64,000 bases of DNA from the NCBI GenBank assembly GCA_963662235.1, contig OY759308.1:1398109-1462108 (forward strand). The letters run 5' to 3'. Source of the stretch: Desulfobacterales bacterium (GTDB lineage Bacteria > Desulfobacterota > Desulfobacteria > Desulfobacterales > G963662235). The position numbers were made by a program, and so were the translations under genes. How positions within the stretch are numbered: position 1 is the first letter of the stretch; every line of letters starts with the position of its first letter. Below, piece by piece: positions 1 through 9,144 of the stretch. The notes beneath the pieces are model-generated. The model worked only from the letters and a program-made list of their open reading frames with translations. It searched no databases and was not told the origin of the DNA.

Positions 1-571
1 CAAAAGATTCATTATTACGGATAATGTGGTCATAAAAACGAGATTGCCATGCAAAATCATCACAAATTTGTCGGACACGTTTTGTCACACCAGTTTTTAA
101 ACCACGAATTATAGATGCAAGGTTTTTTGATTGTGAACCAAATTTGTTTTTGATTTGTGATATAGTTTCACGACCATTATTTTTTTCCCCCTGTAGAGAC
201 GCAAGATTTTGCGTCTCTATAAGATTTTGCGTCTCTGCAATATTTTGTATCTTTACGGTGTCATTGTATTGATCAATCGTTTTGTAATTATCATTCGATT
301 TATTAATTATAATTATTCCATGCAAATGGTTTGGCATCACTACAAATTCATCCAATTCTACAAACGGAAAATGCTTGGGTATTTTCATCCAACATTTGTT
401 TGCAATTTCTCCAATTTCCGATAATTGCATTTTCCCATCTACGATATCGCCAAAATAACATTTCCTGTTTTGTGTGCAGATGGTTACAAAGTAGGTGGCG
501 TTCCATCCATAATCCCAATTTTGTAATCGAACAGATGATATGCGGTATCTATTTTGAAATTTGTCTGCCAT
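1..571 (-). CDS. REP-associated tyrosine transposase (RAYT; IS200/IS605-type Y1 HUH TnpA), 3' end cut by window edge
   Basis: Not in the ORF track because it has no in-window stop. My translation from the ATG at 571..569 reads MADKFQNRYRISSVRLQNWDYGWNATYFVTICTQNRKCYFGDIVDGKMQLSEIGEIANKCW...FVVMPNHLHGIIII (HUH motif) ...DDFAWQSRFYDHIIRNNESF (WQxRFYDHxIR Tyr region). REP hairpins lie on its 5' flank and inside it. Confidence 0.85.
   Translation of the reverse strand, partial: MADKFQNRYRISSVRLQNWDYGWNATYFVTICTQNRKCYFGDIVDGKMQLSEIGEIANKCWMKIPKHFPFVELDEFVVMPNHLHGIIIINKSNDNYKTIDQYNDTVKIQNIAETQNLIETQNLASLQGEKNNGRETISQIKNKFGSQSKNLASIIRGLKTGVTKRVRQICDDFAWQSRFYDHIIRNNESF
195..237. repeat. REP palindrome (full unit 195..220 TAGAGACGCAAGATTTTGCGTCTCTA plus half unit 221..237), located inside the RAYT CDS
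   Basis: Perfect hairpin preceded by GTAG. It is read in frame on the minus strand as ...AETQNLIETQNLASLQ... Confidence 0.9.
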
Positions 572-627
572 TGTTTTTTATTTTTCGTTGATACACAATG
601 TAAATACACAATATTGAAATGCAATAC

Positions 628-651
628 AGAGACGCAAAATCTTGCGTCTCT
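628..651. repeat. REP palindrome AGAGACGCAAAATCTTGCGTCTCT
   Basis: Same family as the other REP loci. It lies about 57 bp upstream of the RAYT start inside a conserved flank (caatgtaaata..aatattgaaatgcaata) that recurs at 5620-5652. Confidence 0.9.
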
Positions 652-1189
652 ACGATATCATAATTGTATTCCTTAATGGTTTTATTGCCATTGTATTTGG
701 AATTATGTCCATAGCGTAAATATCTTTGATTTTTTGATAAAAGAATTTTTCGGAAATACGAATTTCTCGAATGCGGTCTTGCAATTCGTTGAAATAGTTC
801 ATTGACGAACCCGATTTGAAACGCTCGTCATTCAATGCAAATCCCTTAATGATATATTCTTTTAAACGCTGTGTTGCCCAAATTCTAAATTGTGTACCTT
901 GTTTAGATTTTACGCGATAACCAACCGAAATTATAACATCGAGGTTGTAATAATTTGGAGCTTTTTGCTGAAATTCGGAATTTCCGAATTTTTGTAAAGT
1001 TGTTGATTCTGCAAGTTCTCCCTCATCATAAATGTTTTTGATATGTTCGTTTATAGTTGATTTTGCCTTACCAAACAATTGCCCCATTTGTGCCTGTGTT
1101 AACCAAACGGTTTCATCTTCAAAACGAACATCAACTTTTATTGTGCCGTCCTGACTTTGATATATGATTATTTCGCCGTTGTTGTTCAT
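650..1189 (-). pseudogene. RhuM-family protein, C-terminally truncated
   Basis: The N-terminal about 160 aa match the RhuM pattern (IIIYQSQDGTIKVDVRFEDETVWLTQAQMGQLFG...YNLDVIISVGYRVKS..GTQFRIWATQRLKEYIIKGFALNDERFK..FYQKIKDIYA). The ORF is about half the usual length and its stop (650..652) overlaps the end of a REP. Confidence 0.6.
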
Positions 1190-1307
1190 TTTTTTTGTGT
1201 TTTAATATTTTTTAATAACTTACTTGCAGGCTTATAATCTGCAACTTAGAAGATAGGTTTAAGATAACTTAATTAAGTGAATTGGCTATATTTTTCTAAT
1301 AATCCAA

Positions 1308-2024
1308 TTATCCTTCACTTACTGGTAATCTGTTAAGTTCTTCTTTAAAAAATTTCCATTGAGGAAGAAATTTATCCATTAAAGCCACAAATCTGTCATT
1401 ATGATAGCGTTCTATTAAATGAACCATTTCGTGAACAATAATGTATTCCAAGCAATGAATTGGTTTTTTTGCTAATTCCAAATTTATCCAAATTCGTTTT
1501 TTCTGAATATTGCATGTCCCCCATCTGGTTTTCATTTGTTTTACCTGCCATTCCGCGACATTCACACCAATTTTCTTTTCCCATTTTACAATGATTTCAG
1601 GAATCAGTTTTTTTAATTCTTTCCGATACCATTCCTTTAAAATTGCTTGTCTTTGTTTAACTGTAGAATTTGGACGAACAGATAAATCAATATATGCTTT
1701 TGTTTTTATTTCAACATTTGCAGGAGCTTTATGTTCTGTTATTCTCAGTAAAAATCTTTTACCTTGAAAATAATGACTTTCCCTATTTTTAAATTCTCTT
1801 GGTGATTGCCTGTCTTGTGCTTTAAAGTGTCTTTGATGTTTTCGTATCCAAGCAATTTTTGAAATGGCAAAAAGTCTTACGGTTTCATCATCAATCCATA
1901 AAGGTGTAGCAATGCGTACCCTACCTGTTGGAGGATAAACAGCCAAATGCATATTTTTGATGTTTTTTCGAACTACATCAATTGAAAGATTTGAAGTAAT
2001 ATGTAAAACTTTAACTTCTTCCAC
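1308..2024 (-). CDS. DUF45/YgjP-like (M48/SprT-type) zinc metallopeptidase
   Basis: WGTCNIQKKRIWINLELAKKP...YIIVHEMVHLIERYHNDRFVALMDKFLPQW carries the HExxH motif. GTG start sits 3 nt after the upstream small ORF stop. This family commonly follows hsdR in type I RM loci. Confidence 0.8.
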   Translation of the reverse strand: MEEVKVLHITSNLSIDVVRKNIKNMHLAVYPPTGRVRIATPLWIDDETVRLFAISKIAWIRKHQRHFKAQDRQSPREFKNRESHYFQGKRFLLRITEHKAPANVEIKTKAYIDLSVRPNSTVKQRQAILKEWYRKELKKLIPEIIVKWEKKIGVNVAEWQVKQMKTRWGTCNIQKKRIWINLELAKKPIHCLEYIIVHEMVHLIERYHNDRFVALMDKFLPQWKFFKEELNRLPVSEG

Positions 2025-2026
2025 GG

Positions 2027-2200
2027 CTATTTATATCCTCGTTGTTGCTTAATAACCTCAAAAATTGGTTCTAAAATTTCCACTTTGTTGTAATCTTCTA
2101 AAACAGGTTTGATTAGAGACGCAAAATTTTGCGTCTCTACAAATTCATCTGCCTTATCTTGTTCTAAATCGTCAATATTTCTAAATGTTTGTTCGGACAT
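2027..2200 (-). CDS. 57-aa small ORF of unknown function carrying an in-frame REP
   Basis: Below the ORF-track size cutoff. My translation is MSEQTFRNIDDLEQDKADEFVETQNFASLIKPVLEDYNKVEILEPIFEVIKQQRGYK. It is tightly coupled to the DUF45 gene and may be a gene remnant. Confidence 0.3.
   Translation of the reverse strand: MSEQTFRNIDDLEQDKADEFVETQNFASLIKPVLEDYNKVEILEPIFEVIKQQRGYK
2113..2138. repeat. REP palindrome TAGAGACGCAAAATTTTGCGTCTCTA
   Basis: Perfect 26-bp palindrome, in frame within the small ORF (VETQNFASL). Confidence 0.9.
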
Positions 2201-2427
2201 ATTTTTAATCTAATTTTATCAATTTGTTTTTTAAATAATCCAAAAAGGTATTGTATTATCAATTGTTTTTTAGCCTTGGGTTTAACGTTGAGTGTATGAT
2301 TTTTATAAGAAATTGCAGGCTTGAAAACTATTAAACTACTACCCCAAAAAGATGCGGGTTATAATACCGATAGAAAACCTATGAAATTTTTATCCATTAA
2401 TAAACATTATCGGCATTTCTTGCTTGT

Positions 2428-4305
2428 TTATTTTATCTCAATTAAAGTTTCTAAATAGTCTTTGTTTTCTTTTCTGCTTCTTTTTGTATATCCAAGTATG
2501 TCACATACATTTTCAATTTTTTGACAGAAAATATCTTGACTTAGTCTAGACATCCATAAATCGTCAGAGGTTGGGTTTGTTCTATTGGTCGAATGCCATT
2601 GAGATGCATCATCTAATGGGTGCTCAGGTCTAAAAGGAGAAATGTTGAATATTTTATGGTCTATTTGTGTTATCCAAGAAGCACCAACTTCTGTAATTGC
2701 TCCCCAAGATTGTTTTGTATTTTCACTTGTTATAAATAGAACAAATATTTTTTTGGTAGAATATGATTCAACAAAAAAATTTCTTAAATATTCATAAACC
2801 CCCATATTTTCAGGGACTCTGCAAACTTCATCATCGCAATTGGTGTATAGAATATCTTCTGATGGAACATTATTATAAACTAAAAATCTATAAACAATAT
2901 CAGCCAATGGTTTGTCTGGATAGGTTTGGCTGATTAATATTTTTTTCTTTTGGTCGTCAATGATACTCTTTATGCCTAAATCAGGAGAGTTACTATTAAT
3001 AGATTCTGATATTATTCTTTCAATTGTATCGGTAGGTACTTTTACGCCCAATTCGCTTATTTTCTGGGCTGCATTTGTACTTGCCTTTTTTCTAAATTCT
3101 TCAATTAATTGTTTTAATTGTTCTTCATTTTGTTTTTGATTCTTAATAGCTTTTTGTTTTTTTTTTGCTTTTGAAAAATCTGCATATTTTTTTCTTTTCT
3201 CTATAATTTTAGGTAAAAGAGTATTCTTAACATAATCAATTACCATTTCATATCGTGGGTCGTCTGATTTATAACCTTGCCTATTACTCAATGCCATATC
3301 TGCTAAATCAGAATGTTCAAATAAATCAACGTGTAACTGACCAACAATGAAGACTTCAATTAGTTTATTTTGACCAACAATAGGAAGTATGTTAAATTCT
3401 CCAAGTTTCTTATTTGCAAATAGTGAAATAAAATTATCAGGGAAGTCTGTCATTTCTGTTTTTCGGCCTCTTGTAGTTGTGTATGCTCCAATCCAACCCT
3501 TAATTTCTAAAATGTGTTCAGCATCTTCATTGTTTTTCTTCTTTAGAGTTATTGGAGAAGAGAAGATTTCTTTTTTTTCTACTAATTCAGCACGTCTTGG
3601 TGGATAATAATTTGGCACTAAATTAATTAAATGTGAGAACTCATCTCCTAAAGTTATAAGACAACATAATTCTCTCATAATATTTCTATCAAAATCTTCA
3701 ATAATTTCCTCTTCTTTTCCTCTTATTATGTGAATTTTAAAATCATTATTTACCAACGGAAATATCTTTAATAGATTTCTCTTAACTGCGGTTAATGTTT
3801 TGTGAAGACGATATTGAGGATTTCTCATTACAATGGCAGTTCCTTGATTGTCTGTGATTTTCAAAAATGTTATTTTATCTTCTTCTATTGGTTTTAATTT
3901 ATTTCCTTCTTTGGGTAATCTTGATAAAATAAAACCTGATTTTTCCCCATTTGCCATTGTCTTAATATCAACAAATTCAGAAACAGATAACGCAGCTAGT
4001 TTTCCAACACCTTTTCTTCCCATTTTTCTACGTTGTTTTGAACGAGTAAGGGATTCGCTTTCGTTAGAGCGAGAAACTCCTGCAACATTAAGATATTTTT
4101 CAATTTCTTTATTTTCATAAGACATTCCGTGTCCGTCATCTTCTACTGTAATGTCTGTTGAATTGGAAATGATGTAAACATTTTTAGCATCAGCATCATA
4201 GGCATTTGCTATTAATTCAGCTAAAACGTAATAAATATTTGTGTATAAATTTGGTCCAAGTAATTCTAAAATTCGCGGGTCAACATTTAATAAATATTCT
4301 TTCAT
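2428..4305 (-). CDS. MORC/paraMORC-like GHKL (HATPase_c_3) ATPase with coiled-coil linker and TIR-like C-terminal domain
   Basis: Bergerat motifs are present: ELIANAYDA (ExxxNxxD), DDGHGMS (DxGxG) and GRKGVGKLAA (GxxGxG). A K/Q-rich linker covers about aa 375-440. The C-terminus reads KKKILISQTYPDKPLADIVYRFL...IFVLFITSENTKQSWGAITEVGASW. Its start overlaps the dcm stop (ATGA). Confidence 0.75.
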   Translation of the reverse strand: MKEYLLNVDPRILELLGPNLYTNIYYVLAELIANAYDADAKNVYIISNSTDITVEDDGHGMSYENKEIEKYLNVAGVSRSNESESLTRSKQRRKMGRKGVGKLAALSVSEFVDIKTMANGEKSGFILSRLPKEGNKLKPIEEDKITFLKITDNQGTAIVMRNPQYRLHKTLTAVKRNLLKIFPLVNNDFKIHIIRGKEEEIIEDFDRNIMRELCCLITLGDEFSHLINLVPNYYPPRRAELVEKKEIFSSPITLKKKNNEDAEHILEIKGWIGAYTTTRGRKTEMTDFPDNFISLFANKKLGEFNILPIVGQNKLIEVFIVGQLHVDLFEHSDLADMALSNRQGYKSDDPRYEMVIDYVKNTLLPKIIEKRKKYADFSKAKKKQKAIKNQKQNEEQLKQLIEEFRKKASTNAAQKISELGVKVPTDTIERIISESINSNSPDLGIKSIIDDQKKKILISQTYPDKPLADIVYRFLVYNNVPSEDILYTNCDDEVCRVPENMGVYEYLRNFFVESYSTKKIFVLFITSENTKQSWGAITEVGASWITQIDHKIFNISPFRPEHPLDDASQWHSTNRTNPTSDDLWMSRLSQDIFCQKIENVCDILGYTKRSRKENKDYLETLIEIK

Positions 4306-5360
4306 AAGCCGTTGTTTTCAAGGTGTTTTATTATACTTTTCCCAATAGCGTAACCTAAATCAACTGGAACCGCATTTCCAATATGTACTCCAAGTTTTGT
4401 TATTAAAATATCTTTTTCGTCTTTATAGAATGCGTATTTTTGAGGGAATGTTTGAAATAATGCCGCTTCACGTATCGTTATAGCTCTGTCTTGTTCGGGG
4501 TGTCCAAATCTACCTGTTCCATAATTGAAAAATTGAGTTGTAATAGTCGGAGAAGGTTGTTCCCAACTCATTCTGCCATAAACAGATTTATAAGTATTTC
4601 CTGTCTCTTTTTTGTGGCATTTTAATCTTAAGTTTTCATCCCAATCAAGCCAAGTTCCATTGGGTTTTGAGGCTCTGATTCTTGCGATGTTTTTTTGAGA
4701 CATACTTGTTGTAAAATGGAGTGGGTCTTCTTTTATTTTCTCGCCTGCTTTAACTTTGGGTAAAGAGCCAATAACATCGTTTGTTGTCTTGTAGTTTTGA
4801 GGAGAGTGAGTTTTTTCTATAATTTTTATTTTGCCAAGTTTTGAAGCTAATAAAACCAATCGTCGCCTTTTCTGCGGAATTCCATAATCAGGACAATATA
4901 CATTTGAGTATGACACAAAATACTTATGTTCTTTTAGAAAGTCTACAAATTGTCTGAATATATCTTTGTTCGCTAAATTTGGGACATTTTCCATTGATAC
5001 TACAATTGGAGAAGTTTCTTCTATTAATCTTTTAAATTGGTTTAATAAATTCCACTTGTCTCCATTCTCTTTGTCCTTAACTTTATTAGAATGAGTTGAA
5101 AAAGGCTGACACGGAGCACAGCCGACAAGAATTCGATTCTCGTTATTTCTCCAATATTTAGCAATTAAATCTTTGCCTTTAATAGAAGATATGTCATCTC
5201 CAATAAATTTGGCTTTATTATTTGTTTTGTATGCGTATTCGCAAGATAAATCTTGGTCTATTCCTGCTATAACTTTTATACCTGCTTTTCTTAGTCCGTA
5301 AGAAAGTCCTCCAATTCCGCAGAACAGGTCAATAGCTGATATATTTTCTTTGAATTTCAT
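4302..5360 (-). CDS. dcm: DNA (cytosine-5)-methyltransferase
   Basis: Motif I is DLFCGIGG, motif IV is GCAPCQPFS, motif VI is ENV and motif VIII is QKRRR. The C-terminus carries GNAVPV. Confidence 0.93.
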   Translation of the reverse strand: MKFKENISAIDLFCGIGGLSYGLRKAGIKVIAGIDQDLSCEYAYKTNNKAKFIGDDISSIKGKDLIAKYWRNNENRILVGCAPCQPFSTHSNKVKDKENGDKWNLLNQFKRLIEETSPIVVSMENVPNLANKDIFRQFVDFLKEHKYFVSYSNVYCPDYGIPQKRRRLVLLASKLGKIKIIEKTHSPQNYKTTNDVIGSLPKVKAGEKIKEDPLHFTTSMSQKNIARIRASKPNGTWLDWDENLRLKCHKKETGNTYKSVYGRMSWEQPSPTITTQFFNYGTGRFGHPEQDRAITIREAALFQTFPQKYAFYKDEKDILITKLGVHIGNAVPVDLGYAIGKSIIKHLENNGL

Positions 5361-5652
5361 TGATTTTTTTGAGTTTAAAAAACTAACAAGATTAAGATTA
5401 TTTATTTGTTTTCTATAATGCCCGAAACACCAGTTGCAATGGCCAACAAGTACCTACTAAACATAAATTAGGTTTAGTATTCCAAATAGTCATTCTAAAT
5501 GCAATTATTTTTATTTTCCTTAGTGTCAATTATAAACTAAAATAAGGGCAGGGAAGGGTTGAAATGAATTTTAAATGGATTGTTTTTGTGTATTAAGATA
5601 CAAATGCGTAATGTAAATAAACAATGTAAATATGTAATATTGAAATGCAATA

Positions 5653-5678
5653 TAGAGACGCAAAATCTTGCGTCTCTA
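5653..5678. repeat. REP palindrome TAGAGACGCAAAATCTTGCGTCTCTA with the conserved RAYT-5'-flank sequence to its left
   Basis: 5620-5680 is near-identical to 596-655. Confidence 0.9.
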
Positions 5679-5750
5679 CGGCAACAACAACTACGACGAT
5701 AAAATATCAATATCGCATTCATCATGGTAATATATCAATATTGTATTAAT

Positions 5751-5888
5751 CAACGATTGCGACCATTATTCCCACCACCCCCCTGTAGAGACGCAAGATT
5801 TTGCGTCTCTGTAAGATTTTGCGTCTCTATAAGATTTTGTATTTTTGCGACATTTTGCTTTTTGCAGTATTGCATCTATCAATGGTAT
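5751..5888 (-). pseudogene. Internal fragment of a second RAYT copy
   Basis: Nucleotide-level homology to 150-290. The minus strand reads ...KIQNLIETQNLTETQNLASLQGGGGNNGRNR* compared with KIQNIAETQNLIETQNLASLQGEKNNGRETIS in the 1..571 copy. The frame is broken upstream and no HUH or Tyr regions are present. Confidence 0.6.
5786..5846. repeat. REP cluster (one full palindrome, one half unit and one degenerate half unit)
   Basis: The sequence is tagagacgcaagattttgcgtctct gtaagattttgcgtctcta taagattttgtattttt. Confidence 0.85.
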
Positions 5889-6054
5889 TTAATTTTAAAA
5901 TCTCTTGACATTTTATCCTTTTCTAATGCTTGCTATTAAAATACTAATTTTATTAAAATTTTTAAGGTGAGTAGATGAGCTATAATTCTTCTGATACTAA
6001 ACAAATAGATATTTTTTTGATAAGTGCTATTCGTATAAATATTGGTAAAACCAA

Positions 6055-7320
6055 ATGATACCACTTTCTGAAAAGCTTCGGCCGACTAAAATAGATGAGA
6101 TAGTTGGTCAAAAAAAACTTTTGCAAGATTCCCCCGTTCTTGGCGATTTTATGGCAGGCAAATATCTGTCGTCTTTTATTATGTGGGGACCACCCGGTTG
6201 CGGAAAAACTACGATTGCAAAAATTGTTTTGCAAAATTGTAAGCTTTCTTGGAAGCAGTTTTCTGCTGTTCATTCGAGCATAACGCAGATTAAGGCTTTT
6301 ATGTTGGAAGCGGAGAAACTTTTTAAGTTGAACGGTCAAGCGACGGTATTTTTTGTTGACGAAATTCATCGCTTTAACAAAGCTCAACAGGACGCCTTTT
6401 TGCCATATATTGAGTCTGGAGCGATAATTTTAATTGGGGCGACTACCGAAAACCCATCTTTTGAAGTGATTTCCGCTCTGCTTTCAAGATGTCATCTTTT
6501 TGTTTTAGAAAGTTTAAGCGAGGATGAAATTTTTGAGATTACCTGCAAAGTTGATTTAGATGGCAAAAACATTGAAGAAGAGGTTTTGCGGTATCTTGCA
6601 AGAATTAGTGAGGGCGATGCCAGAGTTGCTTTAAGAGATATGGAATTGCTTTTAAACAGCAATGAAAAGCAAATCGATTTTAAAAAAGCGAAAAAGATTT
6701 TGCAGTCTAAAGCAGCATTTTATGACAAAAACGGCGAGGAGCATTACAATTTGATTTCTGCTTTTCATAAATCTGTGAGAGGCAGTGACCCACAGGCATC
6801 TTTGTATTGGCTTGCAAGGATGTTGGAAGGCGGAGAAGACCCCAAATTTATAGCAAGAAGAATGATAAGAATTGCAAGTGAAGATATTGGGCTTGCTGAC
6901 CCACAAGCTTTGGTGCAAGCGGTGAGTGCGAAGCAGGCTTTAGATTGTGTTGGAATGCCAGAGGCAAGTCTTTGTTTGGCTCAGGCGGTGATTTATTTGG
7001 CGACTGCTCCCAAAAGCAACAAGCTTGAAGTTGCTTGGATAGAAGCAAAAGCAGATGCAAATGCGACAAAAAATAAAAAAGTGCCTTTTCACATTCGCAA
7101 TGCACCAACAAAATTGATGAAAGATTTGGGATATAACGATGGCTACAAGTATGCCCACGATTTTCCTAATGCCTATACTTATCAGAGATATTTTCCTGAT
7201 GAGATGAAAGAAAAACAATATTACACCCCTTCCAAATTCGGTTTTGAAAGCGAAATTAAAAAGAGACTCGATTGGTGGGAAAATTTAAAAAAGAAAGAAA
7301 CCAAAAAAAATGAAAATTAA
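6055..7320 (+). CDS. rarA: Replication-associated recombination protein A (MgsA/RarA AAA+ ATPase)
   Basis: Walker [10 protein letters not shown] and [11 protein letters not shown] are present. The RarA C-terminal lid reads [35 protein letters not shown]. Confidence 0.92.
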   Translation: MIPLSEKLRPTKIDEIVGQKKLLQDSPVLGDFMAGKYLSSFIMWGPPGCGKTTIAKIVLQNCKLSWKQFSAVHSSITQIKAFMLEAEKLFKLNGQATVFFVDEIHRFNKAQQDAFLPYIESGAIILIGATTENPSFEVISALLSRCHLFVLESLSEDEIFEITCKVDLDGKNIEEEVLRYLARISEGDARVALRDMELLLNSNEKQIDFKKAKKILQSKAAFYDKNGEEHYNLISAFHKSVRGSDPQASLYWLARMLEGGEDPKFIARRMIRIASEDIGLADPQALVQAVSAKQALDCVGMPEASLCLAQAVIYLATAPKSNKLEVAWIEAKADANATKNKKVPFHIRNAPTKLMKDLGYNDGYKYAHDFPNAYTYQRYFPDEMKEKQYYTPSKFGFESEIKKRLDWWENLKKKETKKNEN

Positions 7321-9106
7321 AAACATTGCGATTATTGCTCATGTTGACCATGGAAAAACGACTTTGATGGACTCTATTTTGAGAGCCACAGGAACTTTTG
7401 ATGAAAGAGAAGAGTTGGTGGATAGAGTTATGGATTCTGATTCTCAAGAGAAAGAAAGAGGCATCACTATTTATGCCAAAAATGCGGCGGTTAATTATAA
7501 AGATTACAAGATAAACATTATCGACACTCCCGGACATGCGGACTTTGGTAGTGAGGTTGAACGGGTTTTAAAAAGTATTGATGCTACCGTTTTGGTGGTG
7601 GATGCTCAAGAAGGACCGATGCCACAAACGAAATTTGTACTGCAAAAATCGATTGAGCAGGGCAAAAAAATTTTGGTGGTTATTAATAAAATTGACAAAC
7701 CGACTGCGAGAGCCGATTGGGTTGTGGACAAGCTTTTTGACCTTTTTGTAACTTTGGGAGCCAGCGACGAGCAGCTCGATTTTCCTTACATTTATGCTAT
7801 CGCGAGAGAATCTATCGCCATCAAAAATTTAGACGATAAAAGAGAAAATATTTTTCCACTTATGGATTTTATTTTGGAATACGCTCCCGATGCTCCGTGT
7901 GACGAAAAAGCTCCTTTTAGAATGCAACCTTCTACTTTGGATTATGACAATTTTTTGGGAAGAATAGCTGTCGGTAGGGTGTTTGAGGGAACTATAAAGA
8001 CTAAAGATGAAGTTTGGATAAACACTCCAAATGGCAAGAAGAGGGGAAAAATTGATAAACTTTTTACTCATCAAGGGCTTAAAAGAGTTGAAGTGAAATC
8101 GGTAAGTGCTGGAGATATTGTGGCGATTGCTGGAATTAGCGATATTTATGTTGGACAAACCATTGCTCAATTTGAAGATACACCAGCGATTACTGCTACT
8201 AAAATTGATCCTCCCACTTTGGCGATGAATTTTATGGTAAACACTTCGCCTTTTGCTGGAACGGAAGGAAAGTTTATTACAGGCAACCAAATCAAAGAGA
8301 GGCTTTTTAGGGAACTGCAAACGAATGTTGGTTTAAAATTGGAAGTTTCGGAAGATTCCGAAAGCATAAAAGTTTTGGGTAGAGGTGAGATGCATTTGGC
8401 AGTTTTAATTGAAAAGATGCGAAGGGAAGGCTACGAGTTGCAAGTTTCTCAAGCGGAAGTAATTATGCAGGGAAAAGAGGGGCAAATTTGGGAACCAGTG
8501 GAAAATGTGGTGATAAATCTTCCTGAAAATTACTCGGGGGCGATTATCAATTTCTTGTCCCAAAGAAAAGGCGAACTCTTGAATATGAGCAATAAAACCG
8601 GCAATACAACTTTAGAGTTTGAAATTCCATCGAGAGGGCTTTTGGGTTTTCGTTCCACTTTTGTTGTTGTTACCAAAGGCGAGGGGACTTTATATAGTAG
8701 TTTTAGTAAATTGGCACCCTATTATGGTGAAATCAAAAAAAGACAAGCAGGTTCTCTTATTGCTGGGGAAACAGGCAAAGCTACCGCTTATGCTTTATGG
8801 AAATTGCAAGAAAGAGGTCCTTTGTTCATTAATGCCAATACTCAAATTTACGAAGGAATGATTTTGGGCGAATCTACCAAAGGGAACGATTTAACCGTTA
8901 ATGCTACAAGAGAGAAAAAGCTGACCAATGTCCGTTCTTCTTCTGCTGACGAAGCTATAGTGTTAATTCCGCCAATTAAAATGACTTTGGAAAAGGCTTT
9001 GGAATATATCAAAGACGATGAGTATGTCGAAATCACCCCAAAAAATATTCGCCTTAGAAAGAAATATTTGACGGAACACGAAAGACGAAGGCATTATAAG
9101 AAGTAG
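7310..9106 (+). CDS. typA: Translational GTPase TypA/BipA
   Basis: G motifs AHVDHGKTT, DTPGHADF and NKID are present, with an EF-G-like domain layout. The stop TAG (9104..9106) is the first triplet of a degenerate REP. Confidence 0.95.
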   Translation: MKIKNIAIIAHVDHGKTTLMDSILRATGTFDEREELVDRVMDSDSQEKERGITIYAKNAAVNYKDYKINIIDTPGHADFGSEVERVLKSIDATVLVVDAQEGPMPQTKFVLQKSIEQGKKILVVINKIDKPTARADWVVDKLFDLFVTLGASDEQLDFPYIYAIARESIAIKNLDDKRENIFPLMDFILEYAPDAPCDEKAPFRMQPSTLDYDNFLGRIAVGRVFEGTIKTKDEVWINTPNGKKRGKIDKLFTHQGLKRVEVKSVSAGDIVAIAGISDIYVGQTIAQFEDTPAITATKIDPPTLAMNFMVNTSPFAGTEGKFITGNQIKERLFRELQTNVGLKLEVSEDSESIKVLGRGEMHLAVLIEKMRREGYELQVSQAEVIMQGKEGQIWEPVENVVINLPENYSGAIINFLSQRKGELLNMSNKTGNTTLEFEIPSRGLLGFRSTFVVVTKGEGTLYSSFSKLAPYYGEIKKRQAGSLIAGETGKATAYALWKLQERGPLFINANTQIYEGMILGESTKGNDLTVNATREKKLTNVRSSSADEAIVLIPPIKMTLEKALEYIKDDEYVEITPKNIRLRKKYLTEHERRRHYKK

Positions 9107-9125
9107 AGACACAAAATCTTGTAAA
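9104..9125. repeat. Degenerate REP (tagagacacaaaatcttgtaaaat)
   Basis: The left arm is intact apart from one change and the right arm is decayed. Confidence 0.6.
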
Positions 9126-9144
9126 ATTTGAGGATAAAATATAA

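Noticed and set aside
209-591. Plus-strand track ORFs 209..424 and 331..591
   Set aside because: They lie antisense to the well-supported RAYT coding frame, have no recognisable motifs, and one reads through REP palindromes.
5537-5939. Track ORFs 5537..5725 (-) and 5724..5939 (+) with RDARFCVS peptides
   Set aside because: They are translations of REP palindromes and RAYT debris in an intergenic scar, not credible genes.
6055-9106. rarA-typA as a horizontally acquired higher-GC segment
   Set aside because: The apparent GC rise is by eye only. Strongly conserved proteins typically look GC-richer in AT-rich genomes, and Arg codon use in typA is still mostly AGA, as in the rest of the window.
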